Source of the DNA: Podarcis pityusensis
Lineage: Eukaryota
Reading direction: 5' to 3' (one strand)
Length of the DNA stretch: 64,000 nt
NCBI GenBank assembly: GCA_964106645.2
Contig: OZ067039.1
This document shows, piece after piece, positions 11,696-24,530 of the stretch. How positions within the stretch are numbered: the stretch's first letter is position 1; each line of letters starts with the position of its first letter. A model generated the notes under the pieces. It did no database searches. It was not told the DNA's origin and saw only the letters and a program-made list of their open reading frames with translations. Made by a program: the position numbers and the translations under genes.

Positions 11696-14600
11696 GTGTT
11701 GTCTTGCAGTGTATATGAGTGTGGGTCATAGATCTTAGCTCCAGCAACTTCAATCATTACTGACACTCTTTGACTTTGCTGTTGCTGCAATTTGTAAGCT
11801 GCTGCCTCTCATGTTTATTTCTCTCTCATAAGCTTCTTGTAAAGTGATGAGAAAAGCAGCACAAGGTAGTTTGTGAACTAGATATTTGTTGCAAGCCGGT
11901 CTTAAAATATAACATGCACACACACACACACACACTCGCTTCATCTGTGTGGTTTTGGGGTGGAGTATATTCTAAATTAGGTTTACGACCAAGGTTAAGT
12001 TATACTCTGACCAGATGTGGTTAAGTCTGTGAGAAACTAGCATGTTGTCAATTTACTTAACTTTTTTTTATTTTTTTAAAAATGGAAAGTTGGGAGAGGG
12101 GAAGCAATTTACCTTTATGATTGATCTTCAGGAAAACTTTAGTTGTGGTGCTCCCTTTAGATGCAGTGCCAGATTTACCCCCGGAAGCACCGATGGCTGG
12201 AAGAACAAAGACTTATTAAAGGGTTGCAGTGATGGAATGTAGAGATAGCATCAGACAAAGAGAAAACTTAGTAGTTAATAAAATTAATCTGCCTGTGTAA
12301 TCTGCAGTGGCGCTGCATCCCCAAATATACTTATCTCTTAAAATACAAGAATGATTAGGTTTTGTTCTCTAGCTTGTACGGTAGCTGCCTGAACTGTTTC
12401 AGATTAAGAATGCCTCTTGCATGGCAACAAAATATTAAGTGATGAAAATATTAGTGGAAAGCTGCTTATCTACCAAAAGTTACTTTAAATAGCCTCAGAA
12501 TTGGAATTTCTGTGCATTTTGGGCCTTAAATATAATGTTTGGAGCCCAGGAATAACTTTCATCTATTTTCTCAAGGATAAACCAAGATGTGAATTAATTA
12601 TTATTTTTATGGTTTTAATGATATTAAAAGCAAATTTTTTCATCCATTTTCAGGAATGACTATTTCACAATTCCAGGAAAAGTAAAATATACACTAATAA
12701 GATGGCCCCCCTACCTACCAATAATATCTTGTAGGAAAAAACACATATAGTAATATTTACAGTAATATAGAAAAATATTACTGTAAAACAGCCGGTTTCT
12801 CACTTAATAAATGAAACATCTGAGGGAATAGCATGACACTCCTGTTCAGTTATCGCTGCTGTTGCCCTTTGGATATGCTTCTGCTCTGAAGTTATGGAAG
12901 ATGGTTTTCAGTCTATTAATTCTTGATAGGAATTAAGACCATCAGTGGTACAGCAGTGGCTCTGTCACAAAACTATTGTGTGTATGTAGACTTCTAATAC
13001 AGAAGCAGCAACATATCTGCAACTTGGATGCTTGGGCATCATCAGAAGGAAAGAGTAGATGGTAATTAATGCCTGTAGGGCCAAGACAAGTGTTATACAT
13101 TTTTGAAGTACCACAGGCAAAACGTCTCTCTTCTGTTTATCTTCTCTACATCATCTCGTTTCTTATTACAGCCAAGCTGTATGTAATGTTACCAGTAGAC
13201 TCATGACAACCCATTTCATGCAGAGGCTTTTGCAGTTAAGTGAAGGGGCTTCATTTCACGTAATCCTTTATTTTATTTTATTTTTTTAAAAAAGTAGGTG
13301 GGAACTTTTTTGGACTGACCTTTTACAAGGTACATTAGCAGCTTCAGAAAGTAAGTCCTTTGTTTATTAAATAGCACAGGAGACAAAACAGTCCATTTGG
13401 AAGTGCTTCTTTTTACAAAAATATTTGAGAAATGGTTTTGCCCAACCAGACTGCATTAAAAACTGGGATAAAAACATTATACACCAACTAAACATCTGCC
13501 CTTTTTAACTAGGCAGTTAAAATAGCATGATTCTCTGGATGTTTCCATCAAGAGTTCTCAAAAGCCTTAGACAGTTTAAATGTACTTGGTAGAGGACAGC
13601 CAGCTTAATCCTGGCTGTCTACTCTTTGACATTAAAGGTTTTCTCATCATAAGCAAGTTACAAGTTTCTTTATGGTTAAGACTAGTCACATCTGCTCTAG
13701 TGGCATGTGTCTGAAGGGTAAAACGTTTCCTGAAGCACGTTCAGTTGTCTTGATTTTATATAAGAACACAAACTTGGCTTGGCCTTTACTCTCAACCTCA
13801 TTAGTAAGAGTACAGTGTTCTGCATGTTTACTTACAAGTAAGCTCCTAAATAAGTGTGCCTTGGATTGCAGACTTAGTTGGAGTCATCACTGCTTCTGCT
13901 GGATAACCTGGTGTTTGTGCAGGAGAGATGAAAAAGCTTGTGGCCGTTTCCCACATGTTCTTTTCTACACACACAAAATGTGTCTTAAGGGGAGTGTTCG
14001 AAACTCCCATTGTTCTTGGCGCAATTTGCGACAGGGAATTTCATTAGCACAAGCAGTTTCTGAGCTCTGGGTGCATTACTGCGCCTAAGATTTCAGATTA
14101 AAACTGCAGAGTGGAGTGAAAGGAGGACCTTGTTCTGCCTCCCCATTTCTAGCTACTCTCTGAAGACTGGAGCAGAGACCTGCTTAAGAATATTAGGGGG
14201 GTGGGCAGGGGAAGGACTAGACCATGTGAAAAATGAACATAATATTTTGGCTGCAGTTCATTTTCAGCTTTGTATTCTTGTTATTAAAAAGTGGGCCTAG
14301 ACATTCTGTTGTTGTGCCCATAACCTAGGTTTAAGGTGTCATTTAGCTCCTAGCTTTCATATCTTAATTTCCCATGACTGCTTACGGGGGGAAATGTACA
14401 CTTTCTGCTCACAGAATTGGTGGGGGGAGGTACACTAGTAACATGGAATGACCTTTTTGGAGGAAAATGGGGTGCAATCCACATAAGCCTTAAAATGGAG
14501 AGCAATTAATGAAGTAATCACATCTGCTAGGATTATTTTTCTATGTGAACCAAGTCTGGCTTCTTATTGGTCTTTATGTTTCAATGTAGTTAGCCTTCAC

Positions 14601-17600
14601 AGGAAAAGTGAGTGTCACTGTATCCCAAGTTAGTCCATGCTAAGCAAGCCACTTTAAGTGTTGTGTTGTTGACCAGTGACAGCTACTAACTTGAAAGAAC
14701 ATACAAAAGAAGTGTATAATTAAATTTGGGGCAACTCTTTCGAGAGTCCTTCAGGCACACCTAAACCAATCCCTTGATTCCTTTGAGTATCCAGGGCTGA
14801 TTTCAGAACTATAGAAATGACAGGATTTAATTGTCTCAGTATGAATTCACCTAACCAAGTTCTAATCTTACCAGAATTTACTCAAAAAATTCCTACAAGG
14901 TACAAATGGTTCTTTACAATTATTTGGTACCTCTGAATTCCATTTCTTAAAACATTGTGACAATATAACACATAGCTGCTCTTTGTGAAATTTAAGTCTG
15001 TTTAACACTGGCATCTTCAAAGACAATAAAAATTCCAGCCTGCCGTTTATCTATTCCCATGTGAAGAGTTACTGTACTGCATATTGTATCATTCCATGGG
15101 AAATTCTTTGGCTTAATAGTTTCATTTATACAGTTGTCCGAGGTCAATTTTCTATTTTGCAGTTGTCAAACAGCTGCCAAATTAAGCGGCTATACTCCAA
15201 AGTTCATTTACATTTTATGCCATTCTTAGGGTGTCTGCTTCATATCTTAATATAACTAATGATTTAGCTGTGGATCTCCATCATCCTTCCCCACAGATGT
15301 TCACACCCTCATGTTCTTTGAGTGCTTAGCAAGTAGCTTTGTTTCTCTTCCAAGGCTTTTTAAAAAAGGTTTAGTCATTTTAGAAGAGAAAACTATCTCC
15401 CTAACAGAAAACAAACATGAAATGGCTGGTAACTGTGATTAATTTGGTAATGCTTCAGTAGAATAGGTTTTTGTTTTGTTTTTTGACATTCTCTTCCATT
15501 TTTTATGTTGCTGGAGTAGAAGGTGGGAGGAGGGAGAATTAACATCTGCAAAATGCCCACTGTTCCTTGGGTTTACTAATTGATCACAATAATTATTACG
15601 TATTTTGGTTTTCTACTTTGTAATGATTTTGTGCGGTTCCTTTGAAAAGCACACGCTGGAAGGAACTTTATCCAGTGAAGTATCTCTGCAAATCAAGGCA
15701 TTTTTTTATTGCTGAAATATCAAAGGATTCCACTTTAATAAGGGAACATAGACTACAGTGGAGTTCATTTGTGGTTTTGTAGCATATTTCTTATTTAGTG
15801 TAAATGTACATGCATGGGTGAAATATTCAGGATTTTTAAAATGTAGTGCCATGATCAAAGGAATATCTCTCCTAATGCCATTGATGTCTTACTACAAAGT
15901 AGTCAAATAGCCTGGGGTCACCATCCACTTTATAAAAATTCCTTAAAGACAGGTAGGACCCTTGGGTGTTAAATGGATACTTGAGAGTTTGGTATATTTT
16001 CTGTCGAGGGAGCAGCAGAGATATATTTACAAGTACTGCCATTCAGGATAGTGCTGAGGTTTAAAGGGGCCTTGTTAAAAGTTAGCCCTAAATTACAGGC
16101 TTGCCCCCAGTGCATCATGCCAAAAAAGTTTCTGTCTTGTTCCTTTCCGAACTTGGTCAACCCTTCTCAGGACCATGCATAGACAATATACTCTAAGAAG
16201 CAGCTCATATTTAAATGTTTTAAGAGAAGCATTTTAAAACCCCGCTGAGGTTATTGTGAGCAAATCATTTGAACTTACTGTGTTTGTACTAGGTAAAGGA
16301 AAGCAATACGCTTGCTAGTTGTATACTTTCTTAAGCAATGATTGGTGCTTTCGGTTGATGGGTTTGTCATTGGGATTGCAATAAAATGCAAGCCAAGGTG
16401 AAATTGGATACAGGTTGGGAGAGCAGATAAAACTAAGTGAAAATTAATGGCAGATGTAAAAGTTATCAGAAAAAGTCTAATAGACTACGGTCATCTGTTA
16501 GTAGCGCTTTAGTAAAAGTATTTTTTTCCTTTGCCAGATGTGTCTTGCAGCATCTTCAGAGTAAATCATCAGTTTGACTCCTAACATTTTACGTATTGTA
16601 CGTGGTTGAATTATGCTGTCCTTTCTTTTACTGGTTTGTGGTGGTTAGAGGAATAAAGTGTGTGTTCTTAATCTAGACATAATCATAAATGTAGCATCTG
16701 AATACCAGCTGCTGAACTGTTTGCAATGGTTTGTTTTAAGAAAAGGAGATGGATATATTTTGTCTCCCTCACTCTTAACTGACCTGTTGTTCCATCTTCA
16801 GTATTCTAGTACCTCATGCAAATATCCCTCTATTATATGGAATGGCCTGTTAATGTCTTTCTCTTCCATTGCCTGATGAAAAGTTCAGGTGTGGTTGTTG
16901 TAAGTGGGTAGACTGAGGGCAGGATTCCTTGGCAATTGTGACTGGTTGAAGGAGTGTGGGATTTCCAGATATGGGTGGCAGGGTGAAGCACTTACAATCA
17001 ATCTGAGATTAAGGGATTGTTAGTATGATCTCCAGGAGGAAATGCAAAATTAAGAGTGTGGGTATTTAGACACTAATTCAGTTGCTCAAAATCTTTTGAC
17101 AAAAGAGTGGGTAGAAATTATTGATAGCTGCTGTGCTTATGTATCCTTTACTAATTGATCTTAGTCACAAATAACTTTATCTGAATCATAGCCATAGGGT
17201 ATTTCTTTCCTCCCTTTATTCAGTGATATTTGTTTTAATGCAAGCCAGCCCCCCTCCCCTTTTTGCAACTGAGTTATCCTTATTATCTGCAAGTTCATAA
17301 TGAACTAAATTGTGCAATCACACATTGAGCAAATTCTTGATCTCATAACTTGCGTTATTTTGCTGGGGTGGTGGGAACTGATCAGCATTGACAAAAATGC
17401 CTAGGGTTTCAGCTACACAAGAAATGTTTTTATTTTTCTAGTGTTTTATACTTTAAGTAATGTATTTTACTTTCTATTTAGGTTTAATTTTTAAACCTCA
17501 GGTATTTATTTAAGTAACTTATATGCCACTTTACGTTTCAGGAAAAATATCTAAGTAGTTTACAAGTGTTTCATACAAAATAGACTTAATAAAATATACA

Positions 17601-20600
17601 TTACAGATAAAATACATAAAACAAAAAAAAAATAGAGTTCAGTCATTAAAATAATACAGTCAGCAGCAAGACAAGTTAACATCAGAATAGGCCTGAATGA
17701 CCCTTTAGTTAGCTGTGTTGGTTGTTTGGTTGGCATACTAAGAAAGATAAAGTTAGCAAATATGGGTTGTAATTGATGAAGTTGTTCTGTTAGTGCAAGT
17801 ACTTCTGCGTGTACAGTTGGACTTCCTTTCCCTAGCTCCTCCTTGTTCATCCTGCACCCCCCCCCATCTGTTTGGGGGTGCTCCAAACCTGCCAGAACAG
17901 ATTTGGGTGCAGGGGTAGGTTTCCACCAATACCTTTCCCCTAAATATCTGTATTTGACTATAATTCTACAAAAGCAAGTAAGCTATGTATAGATGACTGA
18001 TGACAGATAGATTTGAGAAGTAAATTTGAAGTGGAATACCAGTGATATTAGCTTTTTTCAATTTTAATTACTTTATTTGACTGCCCAGAAAGCTGTGTGG
18101 GAATAAAATAACTGAATTTATTGATATCTAAAATTAAGCCTGGTAACAGGAATTTTCTCTTTTAATTCATATAACTTGGCTGTGGAAAAACTGCAGATAC
18201 ATAAAGCAAACAAGAGGCTGATAAAACACTTTTTTACACAGATCATAAAGTTAATTATACAAATTTGTAGTACAGAGTCTAAATTAAGAAATGTTGTTTT
18301 TATGGTATATTAGGTGGAATTATTTTTATGTAAATGGTTTACCCCAAGGAAACTGTGAAATTGATGCATAAATCTGCTCTGTTCCAGAGCTAAGCATTTG
18401 AAATGCAATCTGTATGGGTTTAATGTCTGTAGACCAGCATGTTCTTTTTTTGCAGTGAGGTCTAGGTGCTACTAATACTGCTGTAACAGGTGCATGTAAT
18501 TTAACTGCAGAGCTAGTCAAAATATCTTTAATCTGTCCATATTAAGTTGAACCATGTGGGTGTTTGACTCGAGTTTTCAGTCATGTATTTTCTGTGTTTC
18601 TAGATTTTATTCCTGCCAGTATGGAGGATAAGCCTCATTACTATAGCTACCTTTGCTTGTCCCTGTCCTTTAGGAAGCAACTTAAACTGGGTATTGTCAG
18701 GAAAGCTGGTTTCTTCATCTTTTATGTTATATAGTTGTTGATAGTTCTGCCTAAATAGGCTTACTCCTTCTTCTGAACACCTCCTGTAAAAGTAAAACAA
18801 CTTTGTAGAAGAGAGGTAGAGCTTTTCTCCAATGAACGCAGCATGTTTTATTGCCCTGAGCTCAGTGGCTGTCTTGCAGGGGAGAAACAAGGTATCGTGA
18901 AGAGAGAATAATAGCATGCAGCTATTTGAATGTTGTTGTTTTTTTTAAAAAAATACTTAGGGAAATCAGTGAGTATTGTGTCATCTGCTCCAAGACTCCA
19001 AGAAGGTTATGGGATTCTTTAAGCCAGTCCAGGCTGTAACTGGAAATAGCTGTTGCCTTTTTCCTTTCATAAATGTATCTAGTGCTTTTCATGAACTATC
19101 ACTGGTATAATTGTGGTAAAGTGAAATACGTTGTTACGGAATGTGGAGATCTCTGCTAAACACTAGAGTTTCTAGCATGGAAATCATCACCCTAACTCAT
19201 AGCAGCAGGTAAGTTGCTTTCCGCCCCCTTCCTGATTAGAAGCCTTCCAAAAGAAAAGTTCTTTAGATTGCATGACTAGTTTTTGTAGCCGAATTATTTC
19301 ACAGTGACTGGTGTTGCAGATTATTTATTTTAAAGGTAAATAGAAGCAGACTACAGCTAGCATGAATATGTTCCTTTAAGCTTGCAAAAGGCACAGATTC
19401 CAGCCTTAAATGCCCAACTATATTCAGTGTTCAACAGTCAATTTTATCCTGCCATGAGCTCTTATTAGTTGACAAAGAGGAAAAATTGTTATTGCATGCG
19501 GCTATCTAGCTGGGTGGTCTTCCAGGAGCTATAATCAACACTGTCTTTCTCATCAATACGCAGTTCAACACTACAAATTTATCTTATCGTGTGGTAACAG
19601 CAAGGGTTTACTCTAAGAATTGTGAGAAATTGCAAATGGGCTTTCAAAAGGAAGCAGGATGAATTGCATTTAGACTTGGGTTCCTTTGTGGCATAGCAAC
19701 TGTAAAGATTTTTTTCTTTACTTTTCATGCTAAATTTGCCAGTTGGGTTTTTTGTGTTGGTCTAATTTTTTAAAGTTATTTCTCCTCTGCAATGAGTCAT
19801 TAACGCTACTTTCAACAAATGAATAGCCATTTTAGTTAAGCTTTATTACAAAGAAATGCACATTAGAAACAATCATCTTGATAGACATGTAAAATTAGTT
19901 TGGTGATTCGTAGGCTGTGAAACTGTTAAGTACTGTTAGGTAAATTGCCGTGGCACATATGCACTATTTAATCCATTGCATAAATAAAATAGTTTTGAAA
20001 TATTGTTATGCATGTCTAGAGAATGTGAAAATGCTGACTGTTTAAACACAAAAGAGCATATTTGCAAAAGGAAGCTGAAAATTAGCTTGTCAAATATGGT
20101 AGAATATTATGGGTAAGAAGAAGAAGGTAATATTGAGCAAGTTATTAAGGAAACTGCTTTCTATTGTTTCATTATTGTAATGTTCTGGAATGTTATACAT
20201 TTGCTGGGGGGCAGAAGGGGGGGAGGGATCTTTTTATTTCTTTCATTTTCCCCTTTTTGTCTTCAATGAAAATGAAGAATAACAACCTTAGACAGTACCA
20301 GTAGAGTATGTGCATGTATATTGACCTGTTTCCTTTATGGCACTTGTGAGAAGGCTCCACTTTTATTATGCAGACACTAAGAAGACTTCAGAATTAATGT
20401 TCTGGGTATCAGAAGACATCCCACCCCACTTTCAGTTTTTAAAATACACGTCAACACTTAAGTTGGGTAGACAGCAGCACTAATCATATTAAGCACAGTC
20501 TCCAAACTCACGGGGAATGCATAATTAATTCATTGTTTTAGAGGTGCTCATTTACTGGTCAAGGGCAAGCAGTCCATGCATAGCTCCCCATATGAGTAAA

Positions 20601-22084
20601 GAGAAGAGAGCCAGTGTGCTGTTCAGTGTGACACTGCCATTCCCTCTGCCCACTAAATCTTGTTTGTTACACCTCTACCATGAGCCAAAACCATCAAGCG
20701 GTTTCCATTAAAGTGTTTGCCACGTAGAGTGCAGTAGGGTAGTAAATGCTAATTCAGTGTCAATTAGAAAAATGCATCTAATGGGGGGAGGGGGGGTGTA
20801 GTTAAAAAGAGGCACTTCTGTTGATTCATTGCTGAGTCTCAAGCTCTCTTCCCCCCTCCCTTCTCCATTCCTCAGTACTGTGCACTGTAAGCCTCTTTCA
20901 ACACTTTATGTTTATTATTTTATAGCAAGTTTAGCTTGGATGCACTTTGCTCTGTCCTTTTATTTTACTTTAAATGTAATCCCAGAGTTTACCTCTGTAC
21001 TTAAGCCCCTTTAAAACCCTGCTTCACAAGTGCATCGTTACATTCCGCAAGTCTTAATGGTTAAAAGGTTTAATATGAATTTAAACGTAATCCTAGCATT
21101 CGGGAAATCGGTGGTCATCTGAATTAATCCTGTTTAGTTTTACCCCTGCATTTCGGGTGCACGCTAAAAGTGTGCTCAGAATTAAACTAATGCACATAAT
21201 ATCTGCTTATGTAAACATGGACTTCATTAATATGGCTGGTGAAATTCTGGATGAAAGGCAGATTATATCAGCTTCATCTCCGTTACTTTTAAATAGGCAT
21301 ATGAAAAGCATTATGTTTTGACTGTGGCTGACTCCAGTGCAGTTACTATGGGTGCAAGTCCCACAAAAGCTGGGTCTCATTGATTTCATTTGGGGACAGT
21401 TAACTCCATCTTTAAAATCAGTCTGATTAATTTTGGAACTGGTATATATCCTCAGTATGAAATATACACTGTGACCTATTGGTTAGTAAGTCAGAACAGG
21501 AAGACAGTTTGGGAGTAAAACTGTTTGTTTCTATATTTGTTATGTATAACTCAATTCCCCCCCCCCCTAAATCTGATAAACTAGTGCATCTTAAGTTATT
21601 GTTTGTATACAGTGATTTTTCAAGACTTTTGTTTCCAACCATGAGATATAAAAACTTCATTACACTTTTCTTGAAACCTTGAATTCCTGTTTTGAAGCAA
21701 TTACAGGGAAATGAAGGCATAATAAATTGGAAAAAGAAATTGTGCATACATATGATGCACTAAACGTCTGCCGACCCTCAGATAAGCACATTCTGTCCAT
21801 TTATTCCTCTGTCATTAAATTGACTTCACAATTTATTCTTTTCTTAAGTCAAGGGCAGCTTTACACGTACAAGGAAAAGGCATGTGCACTTCATTGTCTA
21901 GCATTGCAGTGAATGGAGATGCTCTTGGGTGTGCAGGAGCCTAGTACATTGCAGATCTTGCCTGTGGAAAAAAAAAATTAGGTCTGAAGAAGCTACGACA
22001 TTTCCATGGCAACCTTCCTATGTACATTTGCATGTATACTTACAATACTCTGTGTTTATGTAACACATTCAAAGCAATGTACAC

Positions 22085-22262
22085 CTAGATTCTCAGAAAT
22101 TCTCACAGCAGTTTTATATAGTGGCCAGTATTATTATTTCCCTGTTTCAGCAGGGAGCCTGAGACGGTGGCTTGCCTAAGGCAATCAAGTGAGTGCATGG
22201 TTGAGATGAGGTTTGAATCAAGCTTTCCTTCCTTACAGCTTCTTCTTAATCATTGCACTCCC
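22085..22262 (-). mobile_element. Old MIR/CORE-like SINE remnant
   Basis: attattatttccctgtttcag...ggcttgcctaaggc...gagatgaggtttgaatc...ttaatcattgcact resembles antisense CORE plus tRNA head. Highly decayed. Confidence 0.5.
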
Positions 22263-24494
22263 CTAACTTTCTCATTAACTAAGCATGCATGGATATATAA
22301 TACGGTTTTCTAATGTTTTGATGGTAGCACACAGCAGTACTGGATTGAATTAGGACATAGTTTAAGTTGTGTATTCTCCCCTTGGTGTCAGTACAGTATG
22401 TGGATGATTTATATGGGAACTAACATAGATTGCATTTTCCCCCCTCTGTTGCTATATAATGTGTTTCTCTTCCAGAGTGTCAAAATTGTGCTTTATAAAA
22501 CCCACATTAAAGTTATTTTTTGTCTTCCCCATGTTTGTGTTTCATTAATTTGAATTACATTTCTAATAGAGCCTTTGCATTTTCAACGCTGTGTGAGGTT
22601 TTAAATTGGAGAAGCAAGCCGCAATATTTTTTTTTATAAAAGAAAAAAAGAAACACACACTATTGCCTGAATCTCTGCACTTGGATGCAAGTCAGACTGT
22701 CTTTTTTTCTTTCTTCTGTCTCTCTCTCCTTTTTTGCAGTGGATAAACTTCAAAGGCATGTTGTCAGAAGAATTTAAAGTTAGAACTTACATGGTGGTGT
22801 GTGCATAGACTGAAAAATAATTAGGCGTCTCAACAGTAACGAACTTTACATGCTATGCTGTGCAATTCACTCGCTGTGTGGTGTATTGGCCCATAAGCTG
22901 AGTAATATTGTTTCTTTGTACAAAATGTAATTTGAAACCACATCCTCATTTTTCCAGTATGTTAAATTGGAATAATGAAGATTAACTGAATATGTTAAGG
23001 TACATCACACGAAAGCACTCTGAAACAAGGACTTGTGTTGCTGCAACTCAATGCAGCATCTTGAACTTGATCCTTTCAAGCTCTGCCACACTTGTACTTA
23101 GAAACTTCTTTGAGTTCCACTACCCTCTGTTGAAATAGGTACGTAGGATTGAGTTTGTTTTATTCAGGCTTTGTTTTATTATTTTACCTATCTGCGAAAT
23201 TTGCTCGCCTTTCTTAAGGAAAAAGGTCTTAGGTGAAACCGTCATGAATAAACCAGGGCTATATGAGCCTACCTGAGAAGGGAATGCCAAGAGTGGGGTT
23301 CCATGATGGAAAAAGTTCTATCTCTGGTATCCACCCACCTTCTGGTAGTAGTGACAGGACTTCAAGAAATACCTTGGAGAACTATCTAAAGAAATGGGTA
23401 GGTTCATATTTGAGGAGAAATTCACATGCCTGTATGAAACCACCTTATGCCTACTCAGACTATTGATCCATCTAGTCTCCCCCCCCCCCCAAATCATCAT
23501 CTTCCTGGTAAATTAAAAGAGTTGCCAACTATTGAACCTGGAACTTCTTGCATGCAAAAGTGAACTGGTGGAGTTGTTATGAGTGTGTTATGAGTGTGTT
23601 TATTTAAACTATTTACATAAAACACCAGCCATTGTGTGTCTTCACCTCATACGAGAATGTGCACATAGCAGCAGCATAAGCAGTCCAGTAAAAATAAGCC
23701 CCATGATAGTAATGCTTTTGAAAATTTCACACAGTTACTGGTGAATGTGTGTAGAGTCTAAATGTAGACTGTGCCTTGTGAATGTGCAATGTATGAAATA
23801 CTCTGTTTATGCCACCAGGCTCTGCACATTCCCTAGCATTGTTTGACAGGGCAATATGCACAGCTTGATGAACTGTTCATTTCTGCACATTGTTCTCCGT
23901 GTTCAGAGAAATGTCTTCAAACACTGATGGAACACAGATCACGAAGAAGATGACCTAGTTTCTTGTGGCTGGCGTTAACATAATGGGGTCTGCCACAGGG
24001 AAGACCTTCCACACACTGCCTCTACCTGTGTCTCAGAAGGCAGTGGCACACACAAGAGGACCGCATCAGCTGATCTTCCAGTAGCTTGGCCCCAAAATGT
24101 TTAGGACTTGAAATGTGATTGCCAGTGCCTTGAGTTATACTCGGAAACAAACTGGCAGCTGGCGCAGCTGATAAAATAAAGGGGCCACATGATACCACCG
24201 CTTGGCATGCAATGGAGACATGTGGGATATTATTGTATGGAATATTTATTGACCTCAATGCAGCAGGTGCTTCTGCACACAGGAAATAAGATGTGAACCA
24301 AGGGCCTATCAGCTCAAGACATTTTCTGTTTACTTCACTGAAGGAAGCGCCTTCATGTGTGAATCTTTGGCACATGGAGCTGTTTGTGACTAGGGAAGCT
24401 TACTCTTGTATACTAGTTGAAAGTACACTGAAGTGCACCAGAGTTGTAGATCAGGGAAAAGAGCTTTAAATGTAAACAAGTAAGGTTGTGTAGT

Positions 24495-24495
<1 letters not shown>

Positions 24496-24527
<32 letters not shown>
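24496..24527. repeat. (GT)n microsatellite
   Basis: Perfect dinucleotide run. Confidence 0.98.
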
Positions 24528-24530
<3 letters not shown>

